64,000 bases of DNA from Candidatus Poribacteria bacterium (GCA_965214095.1 OZ243938.1:1856001-1920000), one strand, 5' to 3'; positions 48,024-58,751 are shown, numbered from the stretch's first letter. The notes: a model not told the origin generated them from the letters alone. A program made the numbers and translations.

Positions 48024-49517
48024 TCAGTCTTCAGTCGTTTCTTGTAATTCAGAGAACTCTTTCGGTATAAACCGTTGCTGGTAAGCGTAATTTTCCTCTG
48101 GTGGTACTGTCGCTTCAGCAACAGGTAGTGTAACGAGTTTGTTTTCTCGGATAGCTGCTTCAAATTCAGGTCTGAACTTACGCATATAACTCACTGCGGG
48201 CCACGATACAGCGATACCAAAGACGCAGATAGTGTTCCATGTCATCGTATCTACATTCGCAATGTTGTTCGCGACGTTTTCGAGTAGGTCAAGGTCTTCG
48301 TAGATTTCCTCTGTTTCCCCAGTATCTCCCCACCTACCGCTTTCGGTGACACCAAATTTTGGTCGTGTGATAGTTGTTTGCCTACCCTCTCCATCAGCGA
48401 TGCGTTGGACAATATCACGTACCCACGGTGTACCCCATCGGCACGGTGTGCATTGTCCACACGATTCATGTGCGTAGAATTTCATGATATTAAGCAGACA
48501 ATCAACGATATTTCGCGTTTCATTCATCACAATGATGCCACCCGAACCGAGCATCGATTTCGCAAGTGTGAGGGATGTAAAATCAAGACGTGTATCTAAT
48601 TCGTAATGTGTCAAGATTGGTGCGGAACTTCCGCCAGGAATTACTGCTTTTACTTCTTCACCCCGTAAACCGCCTGCTACTTCAATGAGTTCAGTGCATG
48701 TCAAGCCGAGTTCCAATTCATAAACACCCGGTTCGTTGACATCACCACTGATACAGTAAAGTTTTGTGCCTGTATTCGGATCGGGTTTTGGTGGGTCAAA
48801 TCGACCGTCACCATACGTCGGTCCCATCTGTGTGTACCATTCCACACCGTTGCCAACGATGAAGGGTAGGTTACACAAAGTTTCTACATTCTGCACGACG
48901 GTAGGTTTCATAAACACACCTTCAACAGCAGGGAAAGGTGGTTTATTGCGGGGTTGTCCACGTTTGCCTTCCAACGATTCAATCAATCCTGTCTCTTCAC
49001 CACAGATGTACGCACCTGCTCCCGGATGTGTGTAGATGTTAATATTTAATCCTGTGCCGCGGACATTCTCCCCAAGGTAACCTTGTTCGTAAGCTTCTTT
49101 GAGTGCGGCATCCAACATCTTTTTACCAAGTGTGAACTCACCACGAATGTAGACATAAGTGGTCTCAATACCCATCGCATAACAGCAAATCAGGATGCCT
49201 TCAATGAGCAAATGTGGATTCTTTTCCAAGACATAACGATTACTGAATGTTCCAGGTTCACTCTCGTCGGCATTGCAACAGAGGTAACGCGGTTCAATAT
49301 CTTTGGGGACAAAACTCCATTTTAACCCCGTAGAAAAACCGGCACCACCTCTACCCTTCAATCCAGAATCCATCACCATTTTAGCGATGTCGTCTGGTTG
49401 ATATTCGGCAATTGCCTTTTCAAAACGGGTGTAACCTTCATGTTGTCTATAGACATCAAAGGTATTTATATTCGGTACATCCAGATGCTCGTAGAGAATC
49501 CGTTTTTCTTGAACCAT
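48024..49517 (-). CDS. nuoF: NADH-quinone oxidoreductase subunit F
   Basis: GRGGAGF, NADESEPGT, GAGAYICGEET, ESCGQCTPCR. Confidence 0.95.
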   Translation of the reverse strand: MVQEKRILYEHLDVPNINTFDVYRQHEGYTRFEKAIAEYQPDDIAKMVMDSGLKGRGGAGFSTGLKWSFVPKDIEPRYLCCNADESEPGTFSNRYVLEKNPHLLIEGILICCYAMGIETTYVYIRGEFTLGKKMLDAALKEAYEQGYLGENVRGTGLNINIYTHPGAGAYICGEETGLIESLEGKRGQPRNKPPFPAVEGVFMKPTVVQNVETLCNLPFIVGNGVEWYTQMGPTYGDGRFDPPKPDPNTGTKLYCISGDVNEPGVYELELGLTCTELIEVAGGLRGEEVKAVIPGGSSAPILTHYELDTRLDFTSLTLAKSMLGSGGIIVMNETRNIVDCLLNIMKFYAHESCGQCTPCRWGTPWVRDIVQRIADGEGRQTTITRPKFGVTESGRWGDTGETEEIYEDLDLLENVANNIANVDTMTWNTICVFGIAVSWPAVSYMRKFRPEFEAAIRENKLVTLPVAEATVPPEENYAYQQRFIPKEFSELQETTED

Positions 49518-49557
49518 AATTTTCCTCTACATATTGTCTACTTTAGTATAGAAAGTT

Positions 49558-50082
49558 TTAGTTTGCAAGTTCTGCTAAAATTTCATCAACTTTTTCGGGT
49601 GTCAAATTCTTATATAAATCGTCATTTACCATGATAACGGGAGCGACATCACATGAAGCAAGACATTCTACCTTCATTAAAGTGAACTTACCATCATCAG
49701 TTGTTCCTTTTGCCAGATTTGTTTCCGATGCCACGTCTGTCCCGAGTTTTGTTTTGAGATGATCCAAAACTACCTTACAGTCGCGGAGGGCACAAGGTAA
49801 CGTATGACAGATACGTATTACATATTCACCCACCGGTTCCTCAAAGAACATCGGATAGAAGGTCACCACATCCTTTACCTTCATGACAGTGACCTCCAAC
49901 AGTTCTGCCACATACCGCATCACAGCAGGGGTGATATAACCCTCTTGCTGTTGTGCAAGGTGGAGTGTTGGTAGCATTGCTGCTTCTTTTACAGGGTATC
50001 GACCAATCAGTTCGTCAAATACTTGTTTGTTTTCTTCGTTAAACTGAAATGGTGTTTCAATTTGTATTATTTCATCTGACAT
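49558..50082 (-). CDS. nuoE: NADH-quinone oxidoreductase subunit E
   Basis: VVTFY, CHTLPC, ECLASC. Confidence 0.95.
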   Translation of the reverse strand: MSDEIIQIETPFQFNEENKQVFDELIGRYPVKEAAMLPTLHLAQQQEGYITPAVMRYVAELLEVTVMKVKDVVTFYPMFFEEPVGEYVIRICHTLPCALRDCKVVLDHLKTKLGTDVASETNLAKGTTDDGKFTLMKVECLASCDVAPVIMVNDDLYKNLTPEKVDEILAELAN

Positions 50083-50197
50083 CTATGTTTTCCTTTTCTT
50101 GACTATCAGCGGTTCCACAACATTTAACTTGCTGCTACGAATGCTTCTTGTCCATTTTATGTCTCTAATCTCCCAAATAACGGAGTTCTACTACTTT

Positions 50198-50416
50198 TCA
50201 TAATAACCATTTAAGTATCTTGCGAAATACTTTACTAAAAGGATTATCCCATATCATATCCAATCCCCACTGGATGAAGAGGACAAGTAATAGGATCACA
50301 CAAAGTCCAGAAGCACGAATCAAACTTTCTTGCCATGTAAGCTTAGATTTTAGAATTAACCTTGGAAACCAATGAAAGTAACCCCATATTACTAAAAATA
50401 TGAGAATTTTATCCAT
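50198..50416 (-). CDS. Small hypothetical membrane protein
   Basis: 72 aa, two hydrophobic segments, GAGG before ATG. Confidence 0.5.
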   Translation of the reverse strand: MDKILIFLVIWGYFHWFPRLILKSKLTWQESLIRASGLCVILLLVLFIQWGLDMIWDNPFSKVFRKILKWLL

Positions 50417-50610
50417 CTGTCGCCTCGTTAAGGTACATTCTAATCCTTTTTAAGGAAAATCATTTGATTCTAATAGTCCTTGAGCAGGTGTATAGGTAAA
50501 TACTGTTGAAATCGGAAAAATCACTATTACCATCAATATTCTAAACCAAACATTTTTAATCATGAGCATCATCCTTATTCTATCCGAACTCATCATTTTA
50601 TTCAAAACTG

Positions 50611-50817
50611 CTACAATTCGTTTTCTTCAATGCCACTGAATTTCATCAGATTTCTCTGTAACCCACGTTTAAGTGCCTTATTCCCGTGCACAGGCACGGA
50701 AATCCGGACCGGAACTCCATCTTTACCATAAATGTGGTGGCTGCCTTTAATTCGCTTTAACTCCCAATTGTGCTTTTCTAATAAACGGCAAAACGCTTTA
50801 CCGGTTAACACTTTCAA
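50611..50817 (-). CDS. hicA: HicA-family toxin
   Basis: KGSHHIY..VPVHG..L..G motif. Confidence 0.9.
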   Translation of the reverse strand: MKVLTGKAFCRLLEKHNWELKRIKGSHHIYGKDGVPVRISVPVHGNKALKRGLQRNLMKFSGIEENEL

Positions 50818-51017
50818 ACAGCTATCTCCATCACTCTATCATTTTCTGTTATTTTTATAGTGTTAACATCTACAGATAAACATCCCTCAATTGCTTCATA
50901 AATGTTTTCAAGCAATTCTTCAAAGGTGTCACCTTGTGTGGCACAACCGGCGATTGATGGCACTTCTGCCCAATATCCGCCTTCTTCAGCTTCGTGAATA
51001 ACAACCTTTAGTTTCAT
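50814..51017 (-). CDS. hicB: HicB-family antitoxin (short, no DNA-binding domain)
   Basis: [29 protein letters not shown]; likely ATG 51017. Confidence 0.9.
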   Translation of the reverse strand: MKLKVVIHEAEEGGYWAEVPSIAGCATQGDTFEELLENIYEAIEGCLSVDVNTIKITENDRVMEIAV

Positions 51018-51068
51018 ACTATTTAACTCCACTCATTCAAAGTTATTTTATCTGTAGTTGACAGCAGA

Positions 51069-51458
51069 TTAACTGCTTGCTGTCAAACGAGTAATTTCTT
51101 CTAAGTCTTTTTCATAAGTACTATCACTGGAGAACTCCATCACGAAATCAGGTGCTTTCCCTTCCTCCCATGTTTTATACGTTTTACGTAGTTTTGGGTT
51201 TATACCAAAACAGACGAGCACATCTGGAGATATACATATACGTGGATCTCCCTCTCTGTAATACATCATTATATCGCCTGAGATATAGACTTCTGGGTTC
51301 TGTTCAAAATGTGCCTCAAGTGCCTGCAGCGTCCACATTAGTAATCGTCTATGGTAATCGCTTGCAGCCATGGGTTTTCCATCTTCTTCGGGATAATGGA
51401 TCGCATCGTGTGTAGGAACAAAAGGGATAGAGGAGTCTTCTGTATAAGTGCGTGCCAT
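51069..51458 (-). pseudogene. Uma2-family endonuclease, C-terminally truncated
   Basis: YPEEDGKPMA..H, ISPDVLV, GKAPDFVMEFSS; ends shortly after this motif. Confidence 0.7.
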
Positions 51459-51521
51459 TCTGTTTCTCCTTCAACAAAGGTTTTAATACTTTCGTTCCTA
51501 TTTCCCATCTTCATTCATGAG

Positions 51522-51887
51522 TTAGTATTTTCCCCAAAACTGAATTCGGTTTTTCTCTGGATCTCTAATGTCAAAACACGCAAGACCGTCCTCATTTTCC
51601 AAAGGTCTCAATCGCAACCCTTTTGATTTCAATTCTTGATGAACACCCCTCACACTTTCAACGTGAAGAACGACCTTCTGTCTACCTTCGTTCGGTTTGC
51701 TTGCACTGTGAAGACATAGTTTACATTCACCAGTGTTAAACCGAAAAAACCGATGTTCAGGAAAAGGCTGGTCTTCGTCTGGTGTTAATCCAACAACATC
51801 TCTATAAAATGCGATAACAGACTTCATGTCTTTCACAAAAAGGATGATGCCGCCAAGATACATGGTTATCTGTTCCCTTATTTTCAT
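51522..51887 (-). CDS. VOC/glyoxalase family protein
   Basis: FVKDM..FYRDVVGL, IRDPEKNRIQF. Confidence 0.85.
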   Translation of the reverse strand: MKIREQITMYLGGIILFVKDMKSVIAFYRDVVGLTPDEDQPFPEHRFFRFNTGECKLCLHSASKPNEGRQKVVLHVESVRGVHQELKSKGLRLRPLENEDGLACFDIRDPEKNRIQFWGKY

Positions 51888-51910
51888 AGAAGGATGTTGT
51901 GCTAAAGAGG

Positions 51911-53107
51911 TTACCTATCCAACTCCCCGGCAATAACATTCAAACTACCTAAAACAGCAACAGTATCCGATACCATACCACCCTCCAACATGTGTGGGAG
52001 TGCTTGAAAATGAAAGAAACTCGGTGGACGAATCCGAATCCGATATCCTGTGCCGCTACCATCGCTTACAATATAGAACCCTAATTCTCCATTAGGCGAT
52101 TCTGTCGCACAATAATGATCTCCCTGAGGCGGCTGCACACCGTGTCCATCCATCACAATTTTAAAATGATGGATCAATCCTTCTATATGTCCATACGCAT
52201 CCGATTTGTCTGGCATCATGACTTTGTTGTCTTCAAGACTGAATGGACCTTCAGGTAGGTTATCAAGTGCTTGTCCAACAATACCGCAGCTTTGAATCAT
52301 CTCTTCCATACGAACCAGATACCGATCATATACATCACCGTTTGTCCCGACTGGCACATCAAATTTGAATTTTTCATAAGAAGAATACGGTTCAGCTTTG
52401 CGTAGGTCGTGGGAAACACCTGTTGCACGCAGATTGGGACCGGTCAAGCCATAATTGATCGCATCTTCTGGAGATATGGCTCCGACTCCCTTTGTTCTAT
52501 CCATCCATATCCGGTTGCGTGTTAACAGTGTATGAGTTTCTTTCAACGCTTTTGGAAAATTCGTGATGAAATCTCGTGCGTCATTTTCAAAACCATCATA
52601 AAGGTCGCGAAACACTCCACCCACACGTGTATAACTCGTTGTCAACCGCGCGCCAGTAGTTTTTTCAAAGATGCTGTAAAGTTTTTCGCGTTCTCTGAAA
52701 CTATAGAGGAAGACTGAAAATGCACCTAAATCAAGCGCAGCAGTTCCAAGCCAAAGCAGATGGTCAGCCAGTCGAGAAAGTTCAGCCATCAAAATACGAA
52801 TATATTGACACCGTTCCGGCACTTCAATTCCCAGCAACTGTTCCACAGCAAGCACATAACCAAAATTATTAGATAATGGCGATAGATAATTCATCCGGTC
52901 AGTTACAACGATAAACTGGTTATAATCCAAGTGTTCACCAAGTTTTTCAAAACCGGTATGTAAGTAGCCTGCATGAGGTGTCGCCTTCAAGATGGTTTCA
53001 CCATCAAGTTCTAATACAATCCGTAGGGTGCCGTGCGTTGCAGGATGTTGCGGTCCGAAACTGAGAACCATCTTCTCACCTGTTGTGCGTTCCATCCCAC
53101 CTTGCAT
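51911..53107 (-). CDS. nuoD: NADH-quinone oxidoreductase subunit D
   Basis: GPQHPATHGTLR, GYLHTGFEK, C-terminal GELDR; AAGGAG before ATG 53107. Confidence 0.95.
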   Translation of the reverse strand: MQGGMERTTGEKMVLSFGPQHPATHGTLRIVLELDGETILKATPHAGYLHTGFEKLGEHLDYNQFIVVTDRMNYLSPLSNNFGYVLAVEQLLGIEVPERCQYIRILMAELSRLADHLLWLGTAALDLGAFSVFLYSFREREKLYSIFEKTTGARLTTSYTRVGGVFRDLYDGFENDARDFITNFPKALKETHTLLTRNRIWMDRTKGVGAISPEDAINYGLTGPNLRATGVSHDLRKAEPYSSYEKFKFDVPVGTNGDVYDRYLVRMEEMIQSCGIVGQALDNLPEGPFSLEDNKVMMPDKSDAYGHIEGLIHHFKIVMDGHGVQPPQGDHYCATESPNGELGFYIVSDGSGTGYRIRIRPPSFFHFQALPHMLEGGMVSDTVAVLGSLNVIAGELDR

Positions 53108-53132
53108 AGATAACTCCTTCTTTAAAATTGAC

Positions 53133-53297
53133 TTACGGTTTTCTGTTGTTGCGTTGTTGATATTCATTGTTGCGTTGTTGATATTCATTGTTGCGTTGTT
53201 GATATTTTTTCTGAATAAAACCTAAAACCCAACATACGCCACCTATCCAAACACAAGCGAAAAAAGCCAAAATAATTGCTCCACCAAAAATATCCAT
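53133..53297 (-). CDS. Unannotated 54-aa single-TM peptide with (YQQRNNE)x3 tail
   Basis: Hand translation MDIFGGAIILAFFACVWIGGVCWVLGFIQKKYQQRNNEYQQRNNEYQQRNNRKP*. Confidence 0.4.
   Translation of the reverse strand: MDIFGGAIILAFFACVWIGGVCWVLGFIQKKYQQRNNEYQQRNNEYQQRNNRKP
53146..53206. repeat. 21-bp tandem repeat, ~2.9 copies
   Basis: TTGTTGCGTTGTTGATATTCA repeated exactly. Confidence 0.9.
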
Positions 53298-53470
53298 AAT
53301 CTTCACTCAATGCTTTCAACACCATTCGCCGCATATCACACTATTCACAAGTAAACGAGCCACCAAAATACATAGACTGCCCGATAACCAAGCACGACAT
53401 TTTGCAGGTTCTCAAGGTTCTGTTTTTCATTTATCTGATAACACTTAGTAGTTCGCACTTTCCAGTTGTG

Positions 53471-54019
53471 TTAGGCATTCTGCTTATCGAAATTGAAACT
53501 TTCGCGTTCACCACGTCCACGTAGCGGATAATCCTTTCGGAGTGGATGTCCTTCAAAATCATCTGGCATTAAAATACGACGTAGATCAGGATGTCCTTCA
53601 AAGTCTATTCCGAACATATCATAAGTTTCGCGTTCTAACCAGTTGGCAGCTTTCCATAACTCCGTCACCGATTGGATTTTTAAATCTTTTTCAGACACAG
53701 GCACTTTGACACGTATACGTGAAGTTTCCCCTTCAAAAGTATATAACTGATAAACGACCATGAATCTGGCATAGTCATACTGCATCAATTCTGATTCTAA
53801 TTGGGAATTGTCAACAGCAGTGACATCAACAAGGAATGAATATGCAAGGTCTGTTTTTAAATATTCTAACAGTGTATAACTATTTTCTTTGTTGACAACA
53901 ACGAACACATCGTCGCTTGTATCAGAATCTGCCAAAAGTGCGTCTGAAAACTTTTCGCGAAGTTTTTCAAGAACAAGCGGCTGCGATTCTTCGGTAATTT
54001 CTTCTTTTTCTTCATTCAT
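53471..54019 (-). CDS. nuoC: NADH-quinone oxidoreductase subunit C
   Basis: [34 protein letters not shown]. Confidence 0.95.
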   Translation of the reverse strand: MNEEKEEITEESQPLVLEKLREKFSDALLADSDTSDDVFVVVNKENSYTLLEYLKTDLAYSFLVDVTAVDNSQLESELMQYDYARFMVVYQLYTFEGETSRIRVKVPVSEKDLKIQSVTELWKAANWLERETYDMFGIDFEGHPDLRRILMPDDFEGHPLRKDYPLRGRGERESFNFDKQNA

Positions 54020-54539
54020 TATAAGCGACCTCAGAACCTTTAGGCAATTCGCCTTTATGGATTTGCCGTTGCACTTGCATCACTGCATCAATCAAGTCTT
54101 CAGGTCTTGGTGGACATCCAGGAATATAGACATCAACTGGCAGAAATTGGTCAACACCTTGAATTAAGGTATAGGTGTCAAAAACGCCTCCGCAGGAAGC
54201 ACATGCCCCCATTGAGATAACCCATTTAGGTTCTGGCATTTGATCATATATCCTTTTCAGCACAGGCATCATTTTGATAGAAATCCGTCCTGATACAATG
54301 AGCAGGTCTGATTGACGCGGAGAGAATCGGATTGCCTCGGACCCGAATCGCGACAGGTCATATTTGGAAGCCAAGGTTGCCATCATTTCTATAGCACAGC
54401 ATGCGGTACCAAACGGCATTGGCCACAATGAATTTTTACGTCCCCAGTTGACAACTTTGTCAATAGTCGTTGTGATGATATTACCATCAGTTCGCTCGGT
54501 GCTTGAACCGCTTTGTATATTGGTATTGGCTAATCCCAT
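54012..54539 (-). CDS. nuoB: NADH-quinone oxidoreductase subunit B
   Basis: [22 protein letters not shown]; GGAGG before ATG 54539. Confidence 0.95.
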   Translation of the reverse strand: MGLANTNIQSGSSTERTDGNIITTTIDKVVNWGRKNSLWPMPFGTACCAIEMMATLASKYDLSRFGSEAIRFSPRQSDLLIVSGRISIKMMPVLKRIYDQMPEPKWVISMGACASCGGVFDTYTLIQGVDQFLPVDVYIPGCPPRPEDLIDAVMQVQRQIHKGELPKGSEVAYNE

Positions 54540-54898
54540 GTTAAGCCTCCTTTTTTCCAAGCGTAAACGTAACCCAGTAAGAGAATACCGATAAATACCA
54601 GCATCTCAACTAAAATAAATGTTCCATTTGTTTCAGACATCTTCTTAAAGACCACTGCCCATGGATAGAGAAAGACGACTTCAATATCAAAAATAATAAA
54701 GAGCATCGCGATAAGGTCAAACCGGATGGAGAATCTTTGTCTTGCATCACCGACCGGTTGCACACCAGATTCGTAGACAGAAAGTTTGACACGGTTGGGT
54801 TTTTTGGGACCAAGAAGGTGGGTAAGCGAAAGATTCACAGCTGCAAACAAGACTGCAAATATCACTAAAAACACTATCGGAAGATAATCTATTAACAT
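54530..54898 (-). CDS. nuoA: NADH-quinone oxidoreductase subunit A
   Basis: [27 protein letters not shown]. Confidence 0.95.
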   Translation of the reverse strand: MLIDYLPIVFLVIFAVLFAAVNLSLTHLLGPKKPNRVKLSVYESGVQPVGDARQRFSIRFDLIAMLFIIFDIEVVFLYPWAVVFKKMSETNGTFILVEMLVFIGILLLGYVYAWKKGGLTWD

Positions 54899-55033
54899 TG
54901 ATTAAATCTATTAAGCCTCCAGCAACAGAAGAATTATACCCCTTAATTTACATTGGTAGCGGTTGTAATTCTGGTGTTGCCAATTCTATGATTTTCGTAC
55001 AAATTACAAGTAAATTTGTAAAACGTGCTTATA

Positions 55034-55061
55034 ATTTTACATATTCAGATAAAAGTGTCAA
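55034..55061 (-). promoter_or_regulatory. Possible sigma70 promoter of the nuo operon
   Basis: TTGACA-N16-TAAAAT on the minus strand. Confidence 0.45.
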
Positions 55062-55127
55062 GTATTTTTCAAGAAATAATACGATTTTTTTGAAATATAG
55101 TTGAAAAAATGTGAAACAATTCACACA

Positions 55128-55769
55128 TCAAGGTGATAATCTTTCAATTTCCCAGTTGCCGTTGTCATTTAATGTATAACGAATCCTATCATGTAGACGA
55201 CTTGGACATCCTTGCCAGAATTCAAACATACTTGGTATAAGTCTATATCCACCCCAATGCGGCGGACGTGGAATATCTTTATCAGCATAAACTAATTTCG
55301 CATGTTCAAAGTTATCCTCTAGATGTTCGCGTCTGGGAATAACGATGCTTTGACGTTCAGACCACACAGCAAGTTTACTATCAATTGGTCGACTAGCAAA
55401 ATATGCGTCTGATTCAGCGGATGTCATCTTCTCAACTGTGCCGTTGCATCTCACCTGCCGATCCAGTTCCCGCCAATAGAAAACAAGCGCGGCATGCGGA
55501 TTCTTCGCCAATTCTAAACCTTTTTGGCTATCATAGTCTGTATAGAAACAGAAACCGTTTGCATCAGACCCTCTGAGAACAACCATCCGTGCAGAAGGGA
55601 TACCATCTGTCGTGGCAGTAGCAAGCGTCATTGCATCTGGCAGGTCAATCTTTGCATCGATTGCCTCACTAAACCACTTATCAAATTGCTCAAATGGATT
55701 TTTGGCAACACTACTTTCAGTCAATTCAGCATGTGAATGATATTCTCTACGGAGTTCGTCAGTTTTCAT
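55128..55769 (-). CDS. pdxH: Pyridoxamine 5'-phosphate oxidase
   Basis: MTLAT, RQVR, YFASRP, WGGY, EFWQG..RLHDR. Confidence 0.95.
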   Translation of the reverse strand: MKTDELRREYHSHAELTESSVAKNPFEQFDKWFSEAIDAKIDLPDAMTLATATTDGIPSARMVVLRGSDANGFCFYTDYDSQKGLELAKNPHAALVFYWRELDRQVRCNGTVEKMTSAESDAYFASRPIDSKLAVWSERQSIVIPRREHLEDNFEHAKLVYADKDIPRPPHWGGYRLIPSMFEFWQGCPSRLHDRIRYTLNDNGNWEIERLSP

Positions 55770-55770
55770 G

Positions 55771-57279
55771 TTATTTTTTCCAGTAATTCGGTGAAAAGAG
55801 GATAAGCACGGTATAGATTTCCAATCGTCCCAGCAACATGCAGAAAGTTAGAATAAATTTTCCCAGAGTTGGAATATGAGCATAGTTATCAATCGGACCG
55901 ACATCTCCGAGACCAGGACCGATGTTTCCCATCGTAGCAATTGTACATCCTGCAGCAGTAATCAAATCTAATCCCAAAGTCGCCATAATACATGTTACAA
56001 TAGCAAAAATGCCGATGAAGAAAAAGAAGAATCCGAGTACATGTGTAAGTACTTCAGGAGGAACAACTCTCTCATTGACACGAACAGGCAGCACTGCATG
56101 TGGAAATATCAACCGTTTTATTTCTGCGCCACTTTGACGGATCAGGAGTAAGAACCGCATCTGCTTCATTCCACCACCTGTTGACCCTGCACACCCTCCA
56201 TAAAACATGAGTGTAATAAGGATAAACTGTGATAATGCAGGCCACATCTCAAAATCTGATGTGCCGTAACCTGTAGTTGAAGTAATGGACATAACTTGGA
56301 ATGCAGCGTGTCGGATTGCATCTCCAACAGAATTGAAGGGGACTTCACCATCAACGTTTGCAAATGTGACAATGTTCCAAGATACAAGCGTAATGGTGAC
56401 AAGGATCACGACACAATAGAATCGGAATTCAGTATCTTTGAAGTAACTTTTGACATTACCGCGTAGGGCTCGATAGTGTAAAGCAAAATTAGTCCCCGCA
56501 AGGAACATAAATACTATGATGACGATTTCAATATAGACGCTATCGTAATGTGCAATACTGCCATTTTTCGTTGAGAACCCGCCAGTAGCCATTGTGCCAA
56601 ATGTATGGCAGAGCGCATCAAAGAGAGTCATGTCCCCAAGCCAGAGCAGTAACGTTTCAAGGACTGATAACAGGATATACACTCCCCACAGCAATTTTGC
56701 TGTTTGTGCGATACGCGGTGTGAGTCTGTCTGTTTGTGGACCCGGTGCTTCTGCACGAAATAGCTGCATCCCACCAACACCAAGCATTGGAAGTATTGCC
56801 ACTGCTAATACAACAATACCCATACCACCGAGCCAATGGCTGAAGCTGCGCCAAAAAAGCATTGCCTTGGAAAGATGTTCGATCTCTGTCAATACTGTTG
56901 CACCAGTCGTTGAAAAACCGGACATGGATTCAAAATAACAGTAGGCGAATTCATCCAAAGTGGAACGACCGTCTGCAGCAAAGACATCAGCGAAAAGATA
57001 GGGAAATGAACCGAAAAGCGCGACAACCACCCACCCTAACGTGACAATGGCAAACCCTTCCCGTATAGCGAGTTCTGGTTCTATCGGTTTTATCGTGAAA
57101 CGGAGAATCAAACCGACAGTGAATGTTATTACGGTAGCGTAAACGAAGGCAAATAAATTAGAGTCACCAGCGTCTGGATTGAAATAATAGTATGCCGCAA
57201 TGCATAATGGCAACAGCATTGTGCCTGAAAGACAGATTAACAGATTGCCAAGTGTGTGAAAAATGAGTTTCCGACTCAT
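55771..57279 (-). CDS. trkH: Trk potassium uptake membrane protein
   Basis: SGFSTTGAT, ATGGFS, TTGY, GNIGPG selectivity-filter repeats. Confidence 0.95.
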   Translation of the reverse strand: MSRKLIFHTLGNLLICLSGTMLLPLCIAAYYYFNPDAGDSNLFAFVYATVITFTVGLILRFTIKPIEPELAIREGFAIVTLGWVVVALFGSFPYLFADVFAADGRSTLDEFAYCYFESMSGFSTTGATVLTEIEHLSKAMLFWRSFSHWLGGMGIVVLAVAILPMLGVGGMQLFRAEAPGPQTDRLTPRIAQTAKLLWGVYILLSVLETLLLWLGDMTLFDALCHTFGTMATGGFSTKNGSIAHYDSVYIEIVIIVFMFLAGTNFALHYRALRGNVKSYFKDTEFRFYCVVILVTITLVSWNIVTFANVDGEVPFNSVGDAIRHAAFQVMSITSTTGYGTSDFEMWPALSQFILITLMFYGGCAGSTGGGMKQMRFLLLIRQSGAEIKRLIFPHAVLPVRVNERVVPPEVLTHVLGFFFFFIGIFAIVTCIMATLGLDLITAAGCTIATMGNIGPGLGDVGPIDNYAHIPTLGKFILTFCMLLGRLEIYTVLILFSPNYWKK

Positions 57280-57329
57280 AATAGGTGGTACACGCTAACT
57301 GTTGTAGGATTTGAGTGATGTAAAAGACA

Positions 57330-58703
57330 TTACGCTCTTCGTGCTGCAAACATATCTTCAACAACCGGTATTGCTTCGGGCATGCTGAAAACAATGACGC
57401 GGTCCGCAGGTTGAATGACGGTTTCACCATGTGGAATGATAAGGTTTTCGCGACGGAGTATTGCTCCAATAAACGCGTTTTCAGGAAATTTAATTTTCAT
57501 TGATCCAATTTCCTTATGTGCAATTTTCGCGTTTACTCCTGTGATGATTTCAATGACTTCTGCATCAATTTCGTGTAGTACTGCAACTGATACAATATTG
57601 CCACGTCGAATAAGCTTCAGAAGGTTGCTAACTACCGATAAGTGTCGGCTGACTGCACCATCCAAACGGGGAATTCTCGCAAGCAATGGAAGATAGCGCG
57701 GTTGTTGAATTAAGGCAAGTGCACGTTGTGCCCCGTGTTCCTTAGCTGTCATGCATGCCATAATATCGTTTTCATCATCACCGGTCACCGAAACAAATCC
57801 ATTTACATTTTCAACACCGGCTTCCTCCAACAATTTCAATTGCAGAAAATCGCCACCAAGAACAGTTGTACGTTTCAAGGACTGGGATGCCAGTTCAGCA
57901 AGGTTTTCGTCAGATTCAATAAGTTTCACATCAGTGCCATTTCCTTCAAGCACACGCGCCAGTTCAATACCGATAGCACTGGCACCAACTATGATGACCC
58001 GGTCAAGATGTGCGTTTATTATAATGCCGAACAACCGAAATAACTGCTCCATAGCGAATCCACTTCCAATAACAAAAACATCATCACCCTGCATGAGAAC
58101 ATCGTTGCCTTTAGGAATTATTATGTTGGGTGCAGTACGTCTCTTGATTGCTGCAAATCGAATATCAGAGAGAACACCCTTCTTATCCAATTCTGCAAGA
58201 GATTTTCCGATAAATGGATTCCGTTGTTTAATGCGGAAAGCAGCGAGTTGTATTCTGCCATCTTCAAATTCAACGATTTCTCGTGCTTCGGGTGTTTTTA
58301 AAAGACGTATAAATTCCTCAACACACAAGTGTTCGGGGTTTACGAGGAGATTTATGCCGAAATCTTGTGGGGTGAGACCACTTTCTTCAGAAAAGTAGTG
58401 TGGATTTGAAACGCGTGCGATTTTGGTTTCTACACCATACCGGTCAGCAATTTGACAGGCAAGCATATTAATCTCATCGCTGTTGGTCACGGCGATGATA
58501 AGTTCTGCCTCATTGATTCCTGCATCTTTGAGCAGAACGGGTGATGCTCCTGGACCGCAAAGCGTTTGTAAATCTAACTGTTCATTGACGCGTTGACAAG
58601 CATCTTCGGATTCGTCAATTAACACGACATCGTTGTCATCTACAGTAAGTAATTTGGCAGTATGAAATCCGACTTCTCCTGCCCCTATGATAATTGCTTT
58701 CAT
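57330..58703 (-). CDS. trkA: Trk potassium uptake regulatory protein (double RCK)
   Basis: IIGAGEVG and IVGASAIG Rossmann motifs, 457 aa. Confidence 0.95.
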   Translation of the reverse strand: MKAIIIGAGEVGFHTAKLLTVDDNDVVLIDESEDACQRVNEQLDLQTLCGPGASPVLLKDAGINEAELIIAVTNSDEINMLACQIADRYGVETKIARVSNPHYFSEESGLTPQDFGINLLVNPEHLCVEEFIRLLKTPEAREIVEFEDGRIQLAAFRIKQRNPFIGKSLAELDKKGVLSDIRFAAIKRRTAPNIIIPKGNDVLMQGDDVFVIGSGFAMEQLFRLFGIIINAHLDRVIIVGASAIGIELARVLEGNGTDVKLIESDENLAELASQSLKRTTVLGGDFLQLKLLEEAGVENVNGFVSVTGDDENDIMACMTAKEHGAQRALALIQQPRYLPLLARIPRLDGAVSRHLSVVSNLLKLIRRGNIVSVAVLHEIDAEVIEIITGVNAKIAHKEIGSMKIKFPENAFIGAILRRENLIIPHGETVIQPADRVIVFSMPEAIPVVEDMFAARRA

Positions 58704-58751
58704 TTGTTTATGGTATATGTTATGTCTATTTTGAAAGAATTATGATAATTC

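Noticed and set aside
53107-53188. MNINNAT-repeat N-terminal extension of NuoD
   Set aside because: A strong AAGGAG precedes ATG 53107; the extension is a by-product of the 21-bp repeat
57751-58398. 215-aa plus-strand ORF (also 37832-38506, 43974-44411 and similar)
   Set aside because: Antisense shadows of well-supported genes, with no motifs
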